Of a stretch of 64,000 bases of DNA, positions 1 through 10,678 are shown in pieces. The position numbers were made by a program, and so were the translations under genes. A model generated the notes under the pieces. It was not told the origin of the DNA. It made no database searches and was given only the letters and a program-made list of their open reading frames with translations. The stretch is taken from NCBI GenBank assembly GCA_008690995.1, contig VRMN01000003.1, forward strand, positions 2,232,001 to 2,296,000, read 5' to 3'. Within the stretch, counting starts at the first letter, position 1; the number at the start of each line of letters is the position of its first letter. Source of the DNA: Porphyridium purpureum (lineage: Eukaryota).

Positions 1-30
1 TCCATTCCCTCAGAATCCATCTTCGCCGAT

Positions 31-890
31 GCGATGATACCACTTTAAATTCTCGCACGCTTGATGATGACAAGCGCACGAACCCGGATGACACAACCCT
101 TCTCAGATGACCGAACCCCAGCAACACGACGCACACAGCACAGAGAACACAACCACACGACGCACACAACACAGACGACGAATACCCGGGGCGTGGAAAA
201 TCCAGCGTATAGGGCCTCTACTATTGCCTTTCGCGTCGGCACAGACAGCACCGGTCTCGACAGGGGCAGGGTGTCGTAACGGACAAAGCCGCCGTCTGCC
301 TTCAGTGCTCCAAGAGCACCGAAACCCCCCAGACACGATGTGCTGCTGGCTCTGCTACACAGGCTCAGCAAAAGGCCCCACGCCTTCCGACGACCACGCC
401 CAGGCACCCGACACCAAAGAACAACTCTTCCTTTTATTCTCTGTGTCCTTCTCCCTTGCCTCTACTTCTTCCGCTCTCTAGAAATCCGGGGAACCGCACG
501 GGCCCGCGCCCATTATATACCCCGCCGTCCTTGCTGTCCTTGACGCGGAAGGGAGAAATTATTTCTCCCAAAAGGCTGGGCTTTCCTCCGTTCGTTCCAC
601 GGAACGAAGCCACAGCCAGCCACGTCAGCAAGCGGCTCAATGGGTGCTGGCCGGCCGCCAAGCGGCTCCTGCTTCCCTCGGACACGCGACTCCGGCTCCT
701 CGGGGCGAAAGACAACAATACACAAAACCAGAGGTACAGGGTAAAAAACCACGCGGGCGAAAAAGCCCCTGTACCTCAAACAATTCCGAGACGCCGTACC
801 TCCGGGTGTACACCCAGGGCGTCTCTCGGACCGGAACACTTTTAATCCATGCTGTAAGCAACGTGTAGAGGTTCTGCGATTTACTGTACA
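31..890 (-). mobile_element. Candidate 5' LTR and primer-binding site of a second LTR retrotransposon running off the left edge of the window
   Basis: The minus-strand 12-mer TGGTATCATCGC at 31-42 is identical to the PBS of the Gypsy element (62315-62326). It is followed by an ATG at 20 (MDSEGM...). On the minus strand there is a TATA-like GGGTATATAA near 515 and AATAAA near 435, and a TGTACA start at 890. The inner LTR end lacks the canonical CA, so boundaries are uncertain. Confidence 0.45.
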
Positions 891-1072
891 CCCATTAACC
901 CAGATTGGCGTTACCCTACCCTAATCACGCGCCATGGAGCCGGCAAACGAGACTTGGTTGATCGCTAGTGAAGGCGATGAAGAAGCGGAAACACCAAGAG
1001 AGAGAGAGACTTGAAGACAGAGCCGGACAGAGCCGGACAGCAAGCGGACAGCAAGCGAAGAAGAGGCTCATC

Positions 1073-1630
1073 ATGAGTTTGCTGCGGCCGATTCGGATGC
1101 GGTGGCAAAAGCCGCACCGCAACTTTGAGTACCCAGTGGACAACAAGAAGCACGTGCTGCAGTTCGGACAGTACGGGCTCAAGGTGATTGGGAATTACGA
1201 TGTGCGCGTCAAGCAGATCCGGTTTTCCGCCAAGCAGATCGACACGCACGAGCGCATGATCAAGCGCGAGCTCCGCGTGCACCCGCTCAGCAAGGGCATC
1301 GTCCATTTTTGGTGGAGGATCTACCCAGATCGCCCAGTCGTCAAGCTTGGCGCGGAGCAGCGTATGGGAAAGGGAAAGGCAGAGGTCGACCACTTTTCGG
1401 CAGCGCCGCGCAGGGGGCAGATTCTCATCGAGTTCTCCGAGGCACCGCGCAAAATCATACAGGACGTGGCAGAAAAGTTCCAGAAAATATGCCACCTTCG
1501 CCTCAAGCTCGTGACCAAGCCGCGCCCAACCTTCTTCACCAAGCCGCTCGCGCCAGACGTTGTCGAACGACTCTCGCGTAAAAGCCCCGCCGTGCCCGGG
1601 ATAGGCTTGCAGCAAATCTATGATGACTAG
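1073..1630 (+). CDS. rpl16: Organellar (bacterial-type) ribosomal protein uL16, probably mitochondrial
   Basis: uL16 signatures: MSLLRPIRMRWQKPHR, LQFGQYGLK, WWRIYPDRPVVKLGAEQRMGKGKA, GQILIEF. The ATG at 1073 matches the family N-terminus; the ORF track starts upstream at GTG 968. Confidence 0.85.
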   Translation: MSLLRPIRMRWQKPHRNFEYPVDNKKHVLQFGQYGLKVIGNYDVRVKQIRFSAKQIDTHERMIKRELRVHPLSKGIVHFWWRIYPDRPVVKLGAEQRMGKGKAEVDHFSAAPRRGQILIEFSEAPRKIIQDVAEKFQKICHLRLKLVTKPRPTFFTKPLAPDVVERLSRKSPAVPGIGLQQIYDD

Positions 1631-1691
1631 CTGGACGTATAAATATGGAATAAGTATGTATTCTCTTTGCACAAGTGAAATACTCCACGTG

Positions 1692-4600
1692 CTATTTACC
1701 ACCTTCCGTAGGGACTTCAGCCTCCAGGTCCATCCCAGGAAGGCGGTCGTGCATCACACAGATCCGCAGCGATTGAGCTCCTGGTCCGAATGTAGCCCCT
1801 GCCGTATCTTCAGAAAGGTACAGCGTCACCTCACGAGATTCTTGCTGACTGCTCAGGGCCACTCGCGTCATCGCAAGCACTGGCTGCTGCTCTTGTTTCT
1901 GCCGGTGAGCTGCGTACAACAGCACGTACCATACCGACGCGGATGCTGCCTCCTGCCCGCAGTCTAGCACTTCACGACGAAGCACGATGCGACACACATG
2001 TTGTGGCTTGGACTCAAGGCACACGCTCTCAACAAATAGCCGCCGAAACCGCGCGTTGAATATGTTCTGCTGTTCCTTCTCATGTTTCGAGATGCCACGA
2101 TTGGCTTTCCCCGGGGCGTCACGCGTTGCCTCGATATACTCACGCACCGAGGTTACATTGCTTTCGCGCGCTACGCGATGAATGCCCGCATCTCCGCCTT
2201 GAAAATCCGGTATGAGCCATAGTTCATTGGGCAAGCGCGTGGTCTGCGTCAAAGCAACGTGGCCTGCGTCGTGTCGCTGATCGCTCACAAAGTACGCATT
2301 GTGGATGGCTCTGCGTAGCTGCAAGGCGCACTTGACTGCTGCTGCGCTGCTCAACTCGGCACAAGCCAGCACGAGTGCGGGAAGCAAGCGCTGCGTGGCG
2401 CGTCCACGCACACGGCGCTCGTCGTACGCTAGCTCATCGTTCGGCAGCCGAGTGCGTGTCATACGCGAAAGCAGCAGCATGCCACTTTTCACTGCCGACG
2501 CACGGAACGCCGCGTCGTTGGCGTGCGCAGAGACCGGCACACCGTACGCGGCCAGCACTTCGTCACCCAAGATGAGCAAGAGGCGGTCGCGCAGTGCGGC
2601 CAACAGAGCGCTCTCACCGACACGCACTGGAGCTACGTGCAACTCTTCGCACCGCATACTCAGAGAAAATAAAGATGCCACGCTGAGCGCCGGTTGCTTG
2701 GGAGCCGATCGAGGCGTCAGTCGCTCCTTCAAAAGTGCGGCAGTCTTGTAGCTCAAGCAGAAACTACTGCACAACTCGCCGAGCACGGTCGGTTGCATTC
2801 GAAGCGCTTCACTGTTTCCGTCCATTTCCTTCTCTCCCGATTCCTTGTTGGTTATCACGACACAACCAGCTTGCGCCAAATCCCGGAAGACGGTGCTAGC
2901 TAGAGCCTTGCAGTGCTGAACCACGCCACCTGTCCCATCAGATGTTTGCTCGAGCCCATAGTAGCTTGGGTTGCGCTGCAAGCGACGAAACAGCAATGTG
3001 CCGGTCAAGTAATTGACGGCGTCGGCCGGGGTGTAAATGCTGCCGCTGACGAGCGCCGCGTTGATTTGATTATGAAGGCATTCTTTCAAATGCAGCGCCG
3101 ACTCGATAGGAAGCGGCTCGTACAAAAATTTCTGATAGAATGCCCGCTTTGACGCCGTGGTGAGCACAATCGCAGTCGCCCGAGTTACCGAGCCTTCATG
3201 CTGCACACCGGAGTCGCCTCGTGCCGCGCCCGTACACCCTACCATTTGCACTATGTTTGCTAGATCCATCTCACGCATGCGACCAGCGGTGATGTCGTAG
3301 CATTGCGTGCCCTTCACGATTACCACCTGTGCCGGTAGCTGAGCCGCGCTGCTCCACGCAAGAGATGCAGTGCAAATGACGACGCGGATCGAACCCGAAC
3401 GGAACAAGGTCTCCACAATCCTGCGGTCCGAGGCACAAAGCGTCGAGTGGTAGATGGCGCAACCGAACTCGAGTGCATGCGCAAGGGCGCGATCGTACAC
3501 GTGCAGTCCCATCGCTGCAAGGTCAAGCGGTGTGAAAAGCGCGTGATGTGCGTGCGCGGTGTCTGCCGCGGCAAACTTGACGAGCTCAAACGCCGTAACG
3601 TGCGTGTCTCGCCGCGAGGGGACAAACACGAGCACTGGCGTGGTCGTGTGCGGCTCAGTGTACCGCACGAGGGCGGCATACACCATCCGGTTCATGCTGG
3701 CGAGCTGATTGTGATAGCTAGACGCATCCACAACGCTCTCAAGATGCAGCTCTAACGGCACAGGACGCGCAGACGGCCGAAAATTGGACAAGGCGCTATT
3801 CACACCGGCCGCCGTCTTCTCAGATACGGTCACACCAAAAAACTCTGCAAGGTCCCGTGCACTGTCGCCGTCTAGTGACGCGCAAAGCGCCACAAACCGT
3901 AAGCCTTTCGGATGAGAAGGTCGATTCGAGCGCTCCATACTCCATCTGCGCATGCGCACGACCACGGCCTCCAGTGTAGCACCATCTCCAAAGCCATCGA
4001 CACCACCACTGCCCAGGCCACCAATCAGATGCGCCTCATCCACGATCACACATGACAGCCGTCGCAGTGGCGACACGGGCTTTCGCGTTACCGCGTCCCA
4101 ACTATCAGGTGTGGTTATCACAATGTCAGCGGATTCGAGCTTTTCCTTGGTGGACACACGCAGATCGGTTCCCTTGTCCGACTGATCGCCCCTATCCAAA
4201 CCATCACCCTCTTCGTACACGGAGTCATGGTCCAAATGTAGTTCCGCGACTCTGAGACCAAGCGCGCGGAAGCGGTGCTTCCAATTCCGAGCGCGCTCGC
4301 GCGCTAGTGCATGCACCGGTGTTATATACACGACCAAGGGTGAAGCCGTGCCCCCCGACGGACTCATACTGCCGACACCATCCAAATGGCCCGAACTTGC
4401 TTGCACGGAAAGCGCCCGAAGCATGGCGAGTTCGGCAAGCACGGTTTTGCCCGAGCCCGCGGGTACACCAACGAGCACATTCGCGTCCGTATGAAATAGT
4501 GTGTGAAAGAGCTGCGTCTGGATTGGATTAAAGAAAGACATACCCAGCTCAGCGTAGAGCTTGTCATGCGCGGCGGCGGTCGGAAGCGGCCTCAAGTCGA

Positions 4601-7600
4601 GCAATGGCGTGTAAAGTTCATTCGGACGACTCGGGAGCACCATGTCATGCAGTGGCACCTCGACGAATGCGTCGCCTCCCAGCCACCGCTCCGAAAACGT
4701 GCGTACAAGGTAGACGCTGCTGGGCGGGTCAAAAACTGGCACGAACAACTCCACGTCGAGCGCTGTACGAGCAGCCGCGCCCGACTTGGCAAGCCTGCGG
4801 CGCACCGCAACGCGCTCCGAATGGTAGATCCGATCATCATCCCCATCCTCGATTACGAGCACAAATGATTCGGCCGCGCTCGTGTCGTCACCGCTACCAC
4901 TGAGCCGGTCGGACCACTCAAAGTCCGGTCGCAGTGCAAGGCTGAAACGGAGCACAGAGCGCGTGATAGGCACGACTTTTGCGTTCACGGCAAGCCGCGG
5001 GATGCTGCGGGCGGCGCGGCGCACTTGCGAAGCCAGCGAGTCATTGCCGAGGATGCTCGACAGCTGCGCGCTAGGCAAATTCAGCAATGCTTCAAGCTCA
5101 AGGCACTGATCTGCAAGATGTGGCTCCTCTAACGCCTGGCACAGCTCGGAGCGCAAAAAGCGCAGTGGTTTGTCCGCAAGTTGGCGTAAAGGACTTTGAA
5201 AAGGCCATACAGCATGTTCGAATGCACGCGCGAGATCAAGCGCGGCAGCGGCAGGCTGTGGCCAGCCGCGGGCGAGCGCTACTTCAAAGCAAGCACGAAG
5301 CAGACGAGGCGCATTTTGATTCACGCCTGTCATGTCACTCTGCAGGCTAAATGATACCACGGTGCGCCGCGAAATGCGCGCTTGGATTAGCAAGATGACT
5401 TTGGCTTCTTTGCTATCTAGTGCCATGCCCGCCGGCAGCTGGATGAAGCAACCACTCTTCTTCAGTTTCACCAGCTCGTCCAATTCCTCGTCGCGCACCT
5501 TCATCGCCTCAAACTCGGACGCCAGGGCCACCGCATGCAGCACGTCCGTCTCGCTGCTTGTTGCGCTAAGCACTGCAATCCAATGCAACAAGGTGGCGTA
5601 CGAGACATACCAGTGGCTCGCGATCCGCCCCAAGTCGAGGGACACGATCGACTCATTGTTTGCTTGATCATTGGCGTTGGACTCGGAGAAGCTAAAACGT
5701 ACCATTTTAGCCGCGTCGAGCTGGTGCGCGGCTGCCCGTGCAAGACGCTCGCGTCGGGCCTGCAGCTCTGGGTCGAATTGGAGCTCGCTCCACTCCGCGC
5801 CGTAGGCGAGAGGGTTGCGTACCATGCGCACAGCGAGGTACGTATATGATAACCAGCTGACGGCATCACGTATACTCCGCACACTACCGGCTACCACCTC
5901 TGCGTTCAGATGGTCCGGCAGTACGTCGAGCAGACGAGACTCGATAGGCATGCTGCAAGTGAGCATGCGGAGATAGTGTGCGAGCCCGGCGTGCGTAGTC
6001 AAGATGACGCCGGTGCCGCACACGTCAAACTGTGGTCGACCGGCTCGCCCAAAGATCTGCATCACGTCCAACATACTCAGCTCACTTTGCGTACCGCGCT
6101 GTGAATCGTACACTTGGGTGCCCTTGATAATGACTGTGTGCGCGGGGAGATTCACACCCCATGCCAGTGTAGACGTGCAGCAAATCACGCGCAACGCACC
6201 GGCACCAAACAGACGTTCTACTGTGCTTCGATCGCCCCTCAGCAGCCCAGCGTGGTGAATGCCAATCCCGCGCATTGCAAGCTCTGTGGCCTCGCCACTC
6301 TTCAATGCCGAGATCTCTCGCATGGCCCACGTGGGCATGACCGGCGGATCCTCGTCGATTGGAAGAAAGATGCCGACACCTTGTGCTTCATCAGCAGCAA
6401 GCTCAAGCAATTCACGCGCAGCGCGAGCTGTCTGCTTGCGCGCGTGCACAAACACCATCGCCTGCTTGTCAGCGCGTAGCGCGGCGGCCACGCGATCAAA
6501 CGTAAGCTTACCATATGCGGCTTCGCGCAGCTTGGGATCACGCTGCGTGATGCCTATAAACACCTGCTCCAGCGGCACGGGGCGGTAGGTCGCGTCAAAA
6601 AAGAAGAGCCCTCGCGCAGGGTTAACGTGCAAAAATTGAGCCACATCGTCATAATTGGGCAGCGTGGCGGAGAGCGCCACCACGCGGATGACGCGCTGCT
6701 CTGACTCGACCGCACGAAGCGTGCGCGCGACGATGCTTTCCAACACAGCGCCGCGCTCTTCGTGCAGAAGATGCACCTCGTCGATCAAAAGAAGCCGCAG
6801 CGATGACGTGAGTTCCCGCGCACTCCCAACATTCTTGCGGCTTATCACGTCCCACTTTTCCGGAGTCGTCACAATGATTTGCGTGGCGCGAATCTCTGCG
6901 CGCGTCAGTTGAATGTCACCGCTGAGCTCGCGCACCGCACATATACCTTCCAATGCGTGGGCAAATTTGGCGCTCACCTCAGCCGCCAGCGCTTTCATTG
7001 GGGCCACGTACACGATTTTGAAGTCCAAGTCGCTTAGCTTTGTATTATTTGGCGCAGACTCACCGCCAGCATGCTTTTGCAGTTCGCGCAAAATGGTGAG
7101 CAGCGCAACGTTCGTCTTGCCAGCACCGGTCGGCGCGCACACGAGCATGTTTTCGTCGCTGTGCACGGCGCAATCAAACACACGACTCTGTACGGGGTTG
7201 AAGGAGATCACGCCGCGGAATACGCGACGACCTAGTGCGCTGAGAACATCTGCGGCAATCACTCGCTTCGCATTGTATGCCTCCGTCAGCTTGGGACGGC
7301 TGTGCGCCGGCACCGTTATGCTCTCGTACCCGTCTCCCACCTCACGCATCGAACCAGCAGGAAGCGTCACGGTGCCCAGCTTGTCGCGATACACACCACC
7401 AGAGTCTGCAGGTAGTGCAGATATTTCAAGCTCCAACTTACGGATGGGATCTAGCGGCGCGGCGGGATGACCAAGGGCCGACGAGCCAAGCGTGTTTGCC
7501 TTTCTGACCTCGTTCGGATCTACGAGCCGCCGCGTTTTTCCGCCTTGGCTTTGACTCACGACGACACTCCCCATGCCACGTTCCAAATCAAAAGAAGGCG

Positions 7601-8120
7601 ACAGGGTTGACTCGGTCGAATCTGCCAACAACGTAGCACCTGCTTGCGGCAAATTTTGCACTTTTTTCCCACCTTGCATCGTTTCCCGATACTGAAAGCT
7701 GGCCAAAAACGCAGCATGATGACTAACCAGCATCTGCACAAACTCAAAGTCTGGTATGAGGTCGAATAACGCGTGCTGCAGGCGCTGGAACGCAACATCA
7801 TCGTCACCTTGGCCCGCGCTCCCGGCATACTCAAGCAAGATCCGCCGAACACTGGTACCGATCTCCTCGCTGCTCAGCCCGCAATTGACCTCTTCCGCGA
7901 CACGTGCACATTGCGTGTCAAACAGGTCCGCGTACATGCTCTCGCGCCGCGCACGCACGCGGCGCTCCAAGTCCTGCACGGCCAAGTTCGGACGTCCATC
8001 AGCGCTGCTCTTTGCATCCGCACCACCTGCGCCATCACACCCGGCCCGTGCGTCACGCACGTCAGCTGGCCGAAGCCATTCTGACAAAAACGCACCGATC
8101 ACCGCGTGACGTTGTTCCAT
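1692..8120 (-). CDS. ASCC3: ASCC3/Slh1-type Ski2-like DExH helicase with two helicase-Sec63 cassettes
   Basis: Cassette 1 has APTGAGKT, TTPEKWD, DEVH, SAT, HHAGL and QIFGRAGRPQFD. Cassette 2 has FNPIQTQLF, PAGSGKT, DEAH, RPVPLE and FRRLQRNPSYYGL. Probable start is MEQRHAV at 8120. Confidence 0.9.
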   Translation of the reverse strand: MEQRHAVIGAFLSEWLRPADVRDARAGCDGAGGADAKSSADGRPNLAVQDLERRVRARRESMYADLFDTQCARVAEEVNCGLSSEEIGTSVRRILLEYAGSAGQGDDDVAFQRLQHALFDLIPDFEFVQMLVSHHAAFLASFQYRETMQGGKKVQNLPQAGATLLADSTESTLSPSFDLERGMGSVVVSQSQGGKTRRLVDPNEVRKANTLGSSALGHPAAPLDPIRKLELEISALPADSGGVYRDKLGTVTLPAGSMREVGDGYESITVPAHSRPKLTEAYNAKRVIAADVLSALGRRVFRGVISFNPVQSRVFDCAVHSDENMLVCAPTGAGKTNVALLTILRELQKHAGGESAPNNTKLSDLDFKIVYVAPMKALAAEVSAKFAHALEGICAVRELSGDIQLTRAEIRATQIIVTTPEKWDVISRKNVGSARELTSSLRLLLIDEVHLLHEERGAVLESIVARTLRAVESEQRVIRVVALSATLPNYDDVAQFLHVNPARGLFFFDATYRPVPLEQVFIGITQRDPKLREAAYGKLTFDRVAAALRADKQAMVFVHARKQTARAARELLELAADEAQGVGIFLPIDEDPPVMPTWAMREISALKSGEATELAMRGIGIHHAGLLRGDRSTVERLFGAGALRVICCTSTLAWGVNLPAHTVIIKGTQVYDSQRGTQSELSMLDVMQIFGRAGRPQFDVCGTGVILTTHAGLAHYLRMLTCSMPIESRLLDVLPDHLNAEVVAGSVRSIRDAVSWLSYTYLAVRMVRNPLAYGAEWSELQFDPELQARRERLARAAAHQLDAAKMVRFSFSESNANDQANNESIVSLDLGRIASHWYVSYATLLHWIAVLSATSSETDVLHAVALASEFEAMKVRDEELDELVKLKKSGCFIQLPAGMALDSKEAKVILLIQARISRRTVVSFSLQSDMTGVNQNAPRLLRACFEVALARGWPQPAAAALDLARAFEHAVWPFQSPLRQLADKPLRFLRSELCQALEEPHLADQCLELEALLNLPSAQLSSILGNDSLASQVRRAARSIPRLAVNAKVVPITRSVLRFSLALRPDFEWSDRLSGSGDDTSAAESFVLVIEDGDDDRIYHSERVAVRRRLAKSGAAARTALDVELFVPVFDPPSSVYLVRTFSERWLGGDAFVEVPLHDMVLPSRPNELYTPLLDLRPLPTAAAHDKLYAELGMSFFNPIQTQLFHTLFHTDANVLVGVPAGSGKTVLAELAMLRALSVQASSGHLDGVGSMSPSGGTASPLVVYITPVHALARERARNWKHRFRALGLRVAELHLDHDSVYEEGDGLDRGDQSDKGTDLRVSTKEKLESADIVITTPDSWDAVTRKPVSPLRRLSCVIVDEAHLIGGLGSGGVDGFGDGATLEAVVVRMRRWSMERSNRPSHPKGLRFVALCASLDGDSARDLAEFFGVTVSEKTAAGVNSALSNFRPSARPVPLELHLESVVDASSYHNQLASMNRMVYAALVRYTEPHTTTPVLVFVPSRRDTHVTAFELVKFAAADTAHAHHALFTPLDLAAMGLHVYDRALAHALEFGCAIYHSTLCASDRRIVETLFRSGSIRVVICTASLAWSSAAQLPAQVVIVKGTQCYDITAGRMREMDLANIVQMVGCTGAARGDSGVQHEGSVTRATAIVLTTASKRAFYQKFLYEPLPIESALHLKECLHNQINAALVSGSIYTPADAVNYLTGTLLFRRLQRNPSYYGLEQTSDGTGGVVQHCKALASTVFRDLAQAGCVVITNKESGEKEMDGNSEALRMQPTVLGELCSSFCLSYKTAALLKERLTPRSAPKQPALSVASLFSLSMRCEELHVAPVRVGESALLAALRDRLLLILGDEVLAAYGVPVSAHANDAAFRASAVKSGMLLLSRMTRTRLPNDELAYDERRVRGRATQRLLPALVLACAELSSAAAVKCALQLRRAIHNAYFVSDQRHDAGHVALTQTTRLPNELWLIPDFQGGDAGIHRVARESNVTSVREYIEATRDAPGKANRGISKHEKEQQNIFNARFRRLFVESVCLESKPQHVCRIVLRREVLDCGQEAASASVWYVLLYAAHRQKQEQQPVLAMTRVALSSQQESREVTLYLSEDTAGATFGPGAQSLRICVMHDRLPGMDLEAEVPTEGGK

Positions 8121-8438
8121 GCTCGCATGGCGCGACTGCGTCTCAGTCCGCTCCGAGCTCGTTCGACGACTCTTCAGCAACGACAGCCCCCCTTTGACCT
8201 TTACACGCCGAAGCAACTTTGCACGTAGCCATGTGCTCGAGTTTCTGTCACCGACCGGCGTTGCTAATTTCTCTGTGCAGAGAGATGCCGAGGGAAACTG
8301 CACTGGTCGAGAACTCGCAGTGACTGGCGCACTGCAAAAGCCTGTCACATATCTCGCTGAATATCGCCCTTGCCGATAGTCGTGCTGGTGAGCGAGACTC
8401 TGGCTGTGCACCCAACGCAAGACACGGACGATGCGGCG

Positions 8439-9218
8439 ATGCCGAGCTTGACGTCCGCCGAGTTTGATGAGAAATTGGTCGTGCTGTCCGGTGCAAACGG
8501 GGATGAAAGAGCCGGACCGTGTCTGGGCGAGACGCGTGCGAACGAGATAGGTGATGCTCGTGCAGAGTCTTGCGATGCTCCTGAAAGTCACACGGGAAGA
8601 CGACTCCGATTTGGGGCCAGGAATAATAATCGTGCGAGCGTGTTCCTCAAGTTTTTGATCGACACGTTCGGGCTGCCTGTTTTACGAGCGCAAGGTGGCG
8701 TTGTGGACGTTGCGGGTGGGGTCGGTGAGCTTGCGTGCCGTCTTGCATACTGCCATCAGACTGACTGCGTACTCGTCGAGCCTCGCGATGATGTGAGGCT
8801 TCAGTGGTGTTTGGAGAGCAGGATTCTCCCGCACCTTCCAATGAAATGGCGTGAGCGCTTCACACCGGACAAAGGTGCTCAGGTACTCGCGCAGCATGTA
8901 ACGCACTTGCAGCTCATGTTTGAGCATGACGCGATGCAGCACGCCGAGCTAGCGCACGCGCTGCGCAACTGCGCGCTCATCACAGGCATGCACCCGGACA
9001 GCGCTGCCGAGCCCATCGTGGATGTTGCGCTACAGCTCGGCAAGCCGTTTGCTATTGTTCCGTGCTGCGTGTTCCCCAACTCGGCGCCGCACCGCGCACA
9101 CGTCCGCACGCACGAGGATTTCTTGATCTACCTGCAGGCCAAACATCCTGACATCCAGCGCACGAAGCTTGCCATGAACGGCCGTTGCGATGTGCTATAC
9201 TACTTGGCACAGATGTAA
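8439..9218 (+). CDS. Putative SAM-dependent methyltransferase (tRNA-methyltransferase-like family)
   Basis: Motif I VVDVAGGVGEL and the conserved GMHPDSAAEPIVDVALQLGKPFAIVPCCVF. First ATG at 8439. Head-to-head with the helicase. Confidence 0.7.
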   Translation: MPSLTSAEFDEKLVVLSGANGDERAGPCLGETRANEIGDARAESCDAPESHTGRRLRFGARNNNRASVFLKFLIDTFGLPVLRAQGGVVDVAGGVGELACRLAYCHQTDCVLVEPRDDVRLQWCLESRILPHLPMKWRERFTPDKGAQVLAQHVTHLQLMFEHDAMQHAELAHALRNCALITGMHPDSAAEPIVDVALQLGKPFAIVPCCVFPNSAPHRAHVRTHEDFLIYLQAKHPDIQRTKLAMNGRCDVLYYLAQM

Positions 9219-9355
9219 AGAAGCCGTGGCACGGTATGCGACAGCCGTCCGGATCCGCCCTTCTATGCTGGGGCATCAAAGTAACGCTTGTGATCACGTG
9301 CTGGTTTGATTTGACGAACTGCTAACCTAGCTCTACGCTTTTTGGAATTCTTAAC

Positions 9356-10678
9356 TTATTGATCCGCTTTCGAGCCCGTCGACCCAGTTTCGCTCTTCCT
9401 CTTCTTCCCAAACACCTTCTCAAATGTCGACTTTCTGTTCAGTAGCGAGCGGTCGATCTTCATGGTCGCGTTCACTGGGATGAAGCGATATATGACTGCG
9501 AGCGACGAGCCGATCAGCGCCATCCACACAATCGAGACGGCCGACGGAACGCGAACGGCGTACGTACCAAAGTGCAGCGACGCCAGCAGGAATGCAAATG
9601 CTGAGCTCTTCATGGCTGTCTCAATGGCCGTGGTGCGCGCAACAATTTCGTTGAAGCCCAGTAGTTTGGGCATAAAGTATCCGAACAGACCGCCAAGAAT
9701 ATGCAGCAACGCTGTCGCAATCTGGAGCGACCACCCGGCTGCCAGGATGTCCGAGGCGCACTGTGCGACCGATGAGCCCACCAGCAAGCACGTAGCAATC
9801 ACACCGATGACTGGTGAGAACGGCAGCACCGCCTTGCATGCCTTGTTCGCGTACTTGTTCATAAGCATGCCCACAACGATCGGGAGCAGCACCACCTGCA
9901 CGGTGGAGACGGCGATGCCTACGGAGTCCACGGGTACTACGGCGCCAATAAATAACTTGGAGAGCAGCGGAGTCATGACGATCGCACCAATTGTCGTGAC
10001 GGTGGTCATCATGACGCTCAACGCCACATTACCACGCGCGATGTACGTGCACAAGTTGCTTGCTTGGCCTCCATTCACAGAGCCAACCACGACCAGTCCT
10101 GCAAGCAGGTCTGGCGGCAACTTGAATGCCACGCCCAGCACGTACGACAGCACGGGCATGAGAGCGTAGCAGCCCACAAAGCCGACGGTGACTGCACGGA
10201 AGCGCTTGAGCACGCGCACAAAGTCCTGCACCGACAAGGTGATGCCCATGGAGAGCATGAGCGCGGCCAGCGCGACGGTGAACTGCTTTGTGCCGAGCCA
10301 GTTAAAGAGGTGCGGGTACTTGACGCCGGCCACCGCGACGAGAGCGGTCCACACTGGGAACAAGTTGGTGAAGATCGTGCTTGCCGCCACGTACGCCCGC
10401 CATGCCTTACTCTTCGGAGGATCAATCTGCGCAATCGTGGTGTCCACGGGCACGCCGGTGGAATCGACCGCTGTGCACATTCTGCTGCGGTGCATGCCGC
10501 GCGAGCGCGCGGCGCAAACCTTGACTGGTGCAAGGGCCGCATTCTGCAGGCCGCTCGCAGGCTTCGCCGCCACGAACGTGCCGGCCACACGGCGCAGACG
10601 CGCGCGGCGCCCTAATGTCCCCGCCGCACCGCGCGCGGCGCCGTGCGAAGCCACGAACGCGCACGCCGCGGGAGCCAT
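9356..10678 (-). CDS. Bile acid:sodium symporter family (BASS) transporter with a plastid transit peptide, BASS2-like
   Basis: MLSMGITL, GGQASNLCTYIARGNVALSVMMT and RTTAIETAMKSS motifs with multiple TM helices. The N-terminus is Ala/Arg-rich with an AFV motif. Confidence 0.88.
   Translation of the reverse strand: MAPAACAFVASHGAARGAAGTLGRRARLRRVAGTFVAAKPASGLQNAALAPVKVCAARSRGMHRSRMCTAVDSTGVPVDTTIAQIDPPKSKAWRAYVAASTIFTNLFPVWTALVAVAGVKYPHLFNWLGTKQFTVALAALMLSMGITLSVQDFVRVLKRFRAVTVGFVGCYALMPVLSYVLGVAFKLPPDLLAGLVVVGSVNGGQASNLCTYIARGNVALSVMMTTVTTIGAIVMTPLLSKLFIGAVVPVDSVGIAVSTVQVVLLPIVVGMLMNKYANKACKAVLPFSPVIGVIATCLLVGSSVAQCASDILAAGWSLQIATALLHILGGLFGYFMPKLLGFNEIVARTTAIETAMKSSAFAFLLASLHFGTYAVRVPSAVSIVWMALIGSSLAVIYRFIPVNATMKIDRSLLNRKSTFEKVFGKKRKSETGSTGSKADQ

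Noticed and set aside
965..1702. 245-aa minus-strand ORF and similar long antisense ORFs (9462-10169, 14836-15927, 59082-59942, 61229-62104)
   Set aside because: They overlap well-supported genes on the other strand; expected in GC-rich coding DNA.
8121..8591. 157-aa N-terminal extension of the helicase in the ORF track
   Set aside because: It starts at GTG, overlaps the opposite-strand methyltransferase, and does not look like conserved protein.
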